From positions 7,495 to 71,494 of the IMG/VR virus record IMGVR_UViG_3300050343_000147: a DNA stretch of 64,000 nt; one strand, written 5' to 3'. The notes under the pieces were generated by a model. The model saw nothing but the letters and a program-made list of their open reading frames with translations, made no database searches and was not told the DNA's origin. Each line of letters opens with the position of its first letter. Positions within the stretch are counted from its first letter, which is position 1. The position numbers were made by a program, and so were the translations under genes. Positions 59,561-64,000 of the stretch are shown piece by piece. The DNA comes from a virus.

Positions 59561-60289
59561 ATGACTAAACAAGAGGTGTTAGATAAGCTTAAAATTGATG
59601 AACATTACTACGGAGACTTTGGTAAACAATACCTTAGTAATTCTGATATATCAGCTTTATTAAACAACCCTTTAGCGCTTGGACAACAGTCACCACCATC
59701 GGCTGCATTTTTAGTCGGTGGTTATTTTCACACAGCAATACTAGAGCCTAATAAGCTTGATAAGTATAAGATTGTGAAATCGTCTACTAGAAATACTAAA
59801 GCCTACAAAGAAGTAGCTGGAGGAGAGCTATGTCTGTTACAACATGAAGTTGATTCAATAGAATTAATGAGAGAAAAAATCATGAGTAACGACGTTTGTA
59901 AAAGCTTAATAACAGGTAATGTTGAATATGAACAACCTGGTATTATAGAGCTTGAAGGTCAAATGTGGAAAGGTAAGGCTGATATTGTAAACCATGACGA
60001 AAAACTGATCATCGATTTAAAGACGACAGCAGATCTTCAGAAGTTTAGATATTCAGCCTCTAAGTACAATTATGACAGTCAGGCTTATATTTATAGTAGT
60101 CTATTTGGTTATGAGTTTATGTTTATTGTTATAGACAAAAAGACTCATCAAATAGGTATATACGACTGTTCCCCTAAATTCTATGAATCAGGGCAGGACA
60201 AGGTTAAAAGAGCCGTTGAGGCTTACGATCTGTTTTATAAGACAGACAGTTTCGATCCGAAACAATATTTTATTAGTAAAACCCTTTAA
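59561..60289 (+). CDS. PD-(D/E)XK exonuclease (RecE/DUF3799-like)
   Basis: LSNSDI, GGYFHTAILEP, KGKADI, IIDLKTT and YDSQAYIY. Confidence 0.85.
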   Translation: MTKQEVLDKLKIDEHYYGDFGKQYLSNSDISALLNNPLALGQQSPPSAAFLVGGYFHTAILEPNKLDKYKIVKSSTRNTKAYKEVAGGELCLLQHEVDSIELMREKIMSNDVCKSLITGNVEYEQPGIIELEGQMWKGKADIVNHDEKLIIDLKTTADLQKFRYSASKYNYDSQAYIYSSLFGYEFMFIVIDKKTHQIGIYDCSPKFYESGQDKVKRAVEAYDLFYKTDSFDPKQYFISKTL

Positions 60290-60301
60290 AACCCCATTAT
60301 T

Positions 60302-60520
60302 ATGGCAAGAAGAAAAAAAGCAACAGCAAAACAATGTGCAATGACTGGAATGACATTTCCAACAAATGAATTTTATGCGAATAACAATTCAAAAGACGGA
60401 TTACATGCATACAGCAAGAAAGCAGATAACTTTCGTAGAAGGTTACAAGCTACAGGTGCAAACATAGGCACTACAGAACTCAGAACTATGTTTAATAATT
60501 TATTTCAAACAGCAGTATAA
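60302..60520 (+). CDS. Small hypothetical protein (degenerate Zn-ribbon-like)
   Basis: KQCAMTG...NEFYANNNSKDGLHAYSK. Confidence 0.55.
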   Translation: MARRKKATAKQCAMTGMTFPTNEFYANNNSKDGLHAYSKKADNFRRRLQATGANIGTTELRTMFNNLFQTAV

Positions 60521-60831
60521 TGGCATTAATATTAGCAGCAAGCATTAACCTAAATGAAATACCTAAAGACAAGATCATCATTGGTAAGAAAGGTAAGTAT
60601 TTACCTATCAGTATTACTCTTAATGATGAGCTTGATCAGTTCGGTAATCAAGGTCCGGTCATTGTATCGCAGAGCAAAGAAGAACGCGAAGCGAAACAAG
60701 CCAAAACATATTTAGGTAATGTAAAATTAGTATGGACCAACGGAGAAGTTAAAAAGTTTGATAACCCGCAGCAACAAGCTTCACAGCCTGTAGCAGCTCC
60801 GGCAGCAATAGAAGATGATCTTCCATTTTAA
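60520..60831 (+). CDS. Putative single-stranded DNA-binding protein
   Basis: SINLNEIPKDKI..GKKGKYL..DQFGN..YLGN and an acidic DDLPF C-terminal tail. Confidence 0.7.
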   Translation: MALILAASINLNEIPKDKIIIGKKGKYLPISITLNDELDQFGNQGPVIVSQSKEEREAKQAKTYLGNVKLVWTNGEVKKFDNPQQQASQPVAAPAAIEDDLPF

Positions 60832-60934
60832 TGGAATGTGAGATGTGTGGACAAGGTATGACGCAGGACGAATATTTGTTCTGCGACATATGTCCTGATT
60901 GCAGAGACGGTGATTAATAACTAAATAATAATAA

Positions 60935-62662
60935 ATGCAAGTAAACAGTACGGAGATTAATGGATTTTTAATCGACCAGTTCAACCAACATAATTTAGAT
61001 GTAGGTAAAACTCAGGGGACTTGTCCCCTTTGTTCGTCTGATAGGCAACCGAAAAATCAAAAGCTTAAATGTGCTAGTTATGATTGGGAACGTGGTCTGG
61101 GTACTTGTCATCATTGTGATTCATCATTTCAATTACATACGTATCAACGTAAAGGATCATCTGAGAAGACATATATACGTCCAGATGCATTAAACGTTGT
61201 AGACCCAAAACAAATAACGTCTAAGGTCTTTAAATGGTTTGAATCTCGTGGAATATCTCAGAAAACCCTCGACGATCTTATGGTCACAGAGGGTACTGAG
61301 TATATGCCACAGACCGGCAAGTCCGAGAATACAATTCAGTTTAATTATATAATGGGTGACGAACTAATCAATGTTAAATACAGAGATGGTCGTAAGAATT
61401 TTAAGTTATATAAAGGGGCTGAAAAAGTATTTTATAATATAAATAGCATTGTAGGTTATGATCATTGTATTATAACTGAGGGTGAGATGGACGTATTAGC
61501 TTTGCATGAAGCTGGTATTAAAAATGCTATCTCAGTTCCTAACGGTGCAACTCTAAATTCTAATAACTTAGACTATTTAGATAACTGTATAGATTATTTT
61601 GAAGATAAAGAAAAAGTAATACTAGCAGTAGATAATGATGAACCAGGTTTAGCTTTACAACAAGAACTTATTAGACGTCTTGGAGCTGAAGTTTGTTTCT
61701 TAAGTACGTTTGAAGATTGTAAAGATGCAAATGATTATCTAATCAAATATGGCAAAGACAAACTAGTTAAACGTATTGAAGGTGCAAGACCTGTGCCATT
61801 AGAAAACGTTAAAACTTTTAAAGACATAGAAGATGAAATTACAGACTTTGTTAGAAATGGTTTCAAACGCGGTTACCAAATTGGTTTACCTAATTTTGAT
61901 GATATTTTTAGTACTTATACTGGGCAGTTTATCACTGTTACTGGCATACCATCTAGCGGAAAGTCTGACTTCGTTGACCAGATGGTTGTAGGTTACAATA
62001 ATAAGTATCAATGGAAAACAGCTTTTGCTAGTCCTGAAAATGCTCCTACATATTTACATGCTCACAAGCTTATGCGTAAGATATGGCAAGATATGCCTAA
62101 ACGAGAGGATATACATACAGACAAATGGAATCAGATTGCTGATCATTGTAACGATAACTTTTTTCATATTGATATGGAAAGATATACATTAGAATCTGTA
62201 TTACGTAAAGGTGCTGAGCTAGTTAAACGTAAGGGTATTAAATGTCTTGTTATAGATCCTTTTAATAAGATCAGAGACGTTGATTGTAAGACTGAAGATG
62301 TAAATCGTTACACGATGGAATATCTAACTAAGATTGAAATGTTTGCAAAGAAATATGATGTCTTAGTATTTATTGTAGCACATCCAACTAAAATGTATAA
62401 AGATAAAGATGGAAAAATTGAAGAACCTACTATGTATAACATTAAAGGCGGTGGCGAATGGTATGATGCAAGTTATCATGGTATATTGGTACACAGAGAT
62501 TATGAAGCTAAAACAGTTAAAGCAAAAATACTTAAAGTAAAGTTTCAAAACCTAGGTGAGAACGGAGCTGAAGCTCATTTTAAATGGGAACCAAGATCAG
62601 GTTGTTTTGTACCTCATGAATTAGCAACTATGGCTGATGATGATCAAATGCCTTGGGATTAA
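60935..62662 (+). CDS. Bifunctional primase-helicase (T7 gp4/Twinkle-like)
   Basis: Zn finger CPLC...CHHC, TOPRIM ITEGEMD and AVDNDEPG, Walker A GIPSSGKS, LVIDPFN and IVAHP. Confidence 0.92.
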   Translation: MQVNSTEINGFLIDQFNQHNLDVGKTQGTCPLCSSDRQPKNQKLKCASYDWERGLGTCHHCDSSFQLHTYQRKGSSEKTYIRPDALNVVDPKQITSKVFKWFESRGISQKTLDDLMVTEGTEYMPQTGKSENTIQFNYIMGDELINVKYRDGRKNFKLYKGAEKVFYNINSIVGYDHCIITEGEMDVLALHEAGIKNAISVPNGATLNSNNLDYLDNCIDYFEDKEKVILAVDNDEPGLALQQELIRRLGAEVCFLSTFEDCKDANDYLIKYGKDKLVKRIEGARPVPLENVKTFKDIEDEITDFVRNGFKRGYQIGLPNFDDIFSTYTGQFITVTGIPSSGKSDFVDQMVVGYNNKYQWKTAFASPENAPTYLHAHKLMRKIWQDMPKREDIHTDKWNQIADHCNDNFFHIDMERYTLESVLRKGAELVKRKGIKCLVIDPFNKIRDVDCKTEDVNRYTMEYLTKIEMFAKKYDVLVFIVAHPTKMYKDKDGKIEEPTMYNIKGGGEWYDASYHGILVHRDYEAKTVKAKILKVKFQNLGENGAEAHFKWEPRSGCFVPHELATMADDDQMPWD

Positions 62663-62928
62663 TGAGTGCGGCATGGAGCAAGAAGAAAGTTACAATTATA
62701 GCACCTGAGTGGACAGATGAAAACCTTGAAGCTTATAGATGGTGTATAAACAATGGGATTAAAATAACTCCTTGGGCTTATAGTAGTGAAAGAGATAATT
62801 ACTACTGGTGGATTGATGTAGAGGTTAATGGAGCTAAAAAACGATCACCATTTAAATATAATGGTAAACAAGTTAACGAAAAGATATTTGAACTATATAA
62901 ATTTTATTATGATAAAAACAAAATTTGA
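62653..62928 (+). CDS. Hypothetical protein (91 aa)
   Basis: Intact ORF (WCINNGIKI). Confidence 0.6.
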   Translation: MGLMSAAWSKKKVTIIAPEWTDENLEAYRWCINNGIKITPWAYSSERDNYYWWIDVEVNGAKKRSPFKYNGKQVNEKIFELYKFYYDKNKI

Positions 62929-63559
62929 AACAGCAAGCGATGCTTTTAATTATTTTTTTCCTAAAATAATGTGGGATGGTGTTAAGTTTGATAATACAAT
63001 GGCTTTGTTTAATATAGGTTTCTATATTGAAAAACCTATGTATAATCATATACTAGCCGAACACAGAAACTGGAATGATGAATATGCAGAGGCTGAATGG
63101 CAATGGTACTTATCAGGTAATCCTAATGTAGATAAACTAGGAGATATATACGGTAAAGTACCTGAAATATGGAAACGAATGGTTGACAGTAACAATGAGG
63201 TAAGATCTAACTACGGTTGGCAATGGGAACGTAACTATCAACTAGATTATGTAGTTGCAAAACTAAAAGATAATCCTAACACTAGACATGCTGCAATAAG
63301 TATATACGATGGTAAAGAGCATAGCACATATGCTAAAGACACACCTTGTACTTATGCGGTTCAGTTTACTGTGTTAAACAATAAACTAAATATGTCAGTT
63401 GTAATGCGATCTAACGATCTCTGGTACGGTTTCTGTAATGATCAGTATTGTTTTTCAAAGCTACAGGAATTAGTTGCAGAGAGGACAGGATATGAGATCG
63501 GTACATACTACCATTTCGCACATAACTTACATTTGTATAACGATAAAATAACAAAATAA
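62909..63559 (+). CDS. Thymidylate-synthase superfamily enzyme, dCMP hydroxymethylase-like
   Basis: Catalytic DTPC, MRSNDLWYGFCND and HFAHNLHLY. Likely start MIKTKF at 62909. Confidence 0.8.
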   Translation: MIKTKFETASDAFNYFFPKIMWDGVKFDNTMALFNIGFYIEKPMYNHILAEHRNWNDEYAEAEWQWYLSGNPNVDKLGDIYGKVPEIWKRMVDSNNEVRSNYGWQWERNYQLDYVVAKLKDNPNTRHAAISIYDGKEHSTYAKDTPCTYAVQFTVLNNKLNMSVVMRSNDLWYGFCNDQYCFSKLQELVAERTGYEIGTYYHFAHNLHLYNDKITK

Positions 63560-63560
63560 T

Positions 63561-64000
63561 ATGTATTATTTATACCACATACCAGGTAAAAAGATAGGTG
63601 TAACACGTGATCTTAATACTCGTGTTACGTTAATACAAGGTTATAAACCTAGTGAATATGAAGTTCTTGATCAGTCGGACGATATAGATTATATATCGGA
63701 CAAAGAGATAGAACTTCAAAAGTCTTACGGCTATAAGGTCGATTTAAAGAAATATAAAAACCTTTTTAAGAAAATGAAAATAAACGTAACAGAACAAACT
63801 TCAACATTTGCAGTTCCTTTAAATAAACTAAAAGGACATCTTATGGACAATATGAATCTAAAATGGGAAACTTCTCATGGAAAGTTCTATATAGATATGC
63901 AAACAATACAATGGATAATGGATAACGCTAAAGTTTCTATGTATAACGACAATAGGTCTTATATATACAATAAAGCTTTTGCAGAGTATTTTAAAACTAA
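63561..64000 (+). CDS. Partial ORF with a GIY-YIG-like N-terminus
   Basis: MYYLYHIPGKKIGVTRDLNTRV...KEIELQKSYGY, open to the window end. Confidence 0.5.
   Translation, partial: MYYLYHIPGKKIGVTRDLNTRVTLIQGYKPSEYEVLDQSDDIDYISDKEIELQKSYGYKVDLKKYKNLFKKMKINVTEQTSTFAVPLNKLKGHLMDNMNLKWETSHGKFYIDMQTIQWIMDNAKVSMYNDNRSYIYNKAFAEYFKT

Overview
This is a ~64 kb segment of an AT-rich lytic dsDNA tailed phage with two divergent arms. The host is probably a Bacteroidota/Flavobacteriia species (inferred from the crAss/phi14:2-like structural gene order and the lack of Shine-Dalgarno motifs). Minus strand, 50.55 kb down to <1, is the late/structural arm: five large tail-fibre genes (four with Peptidase_S74 chaperone C-termini), GroEL and GroES, an M15 endolysin and holin, terminase, portal, scaffold, major capsid protein, tail ring and nozzle proteins, and three putative ejection proteins, the last a >1800-aa giant that runs off the window. 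Plus strand, 50.9 kb to >64 kb, has many tiny early ORFs and tRNA-Gln, then ligase, a DenV-like glycosylase, an HTH protein, a sigma-70 factor, ERF and exonuclease recombination genes, SSB, primase-helicase and a dCMP-type thymidylate-synthase homologue. The region ~13.6-31.8 kb is full of indels that look like sequencing errors. The most notable signals are: (1) a GC-rich dyad, CGTC-NN-GATC-NN-GACG, hidden in synonymous codons of the GNVGIGT junctions between tail-fibre modules, a possible module-shuffling site; (2) a 7-copy early motif, TTACAAACTAAATACGA-N8-GGATAATA, that both ends the upstream ORF and precedes the next start; (3) a sigma-70 region-2-like segment inside the giant ejection protein, a candidate injected reader of that motif; (4) a tRNA minihelix and a pseudo-tRNA punctuating the early genes; (5) an inverted pair of ~46-bp dyad sites bracketing the early region. 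All family calls come from manual motif recognition, not database searches.
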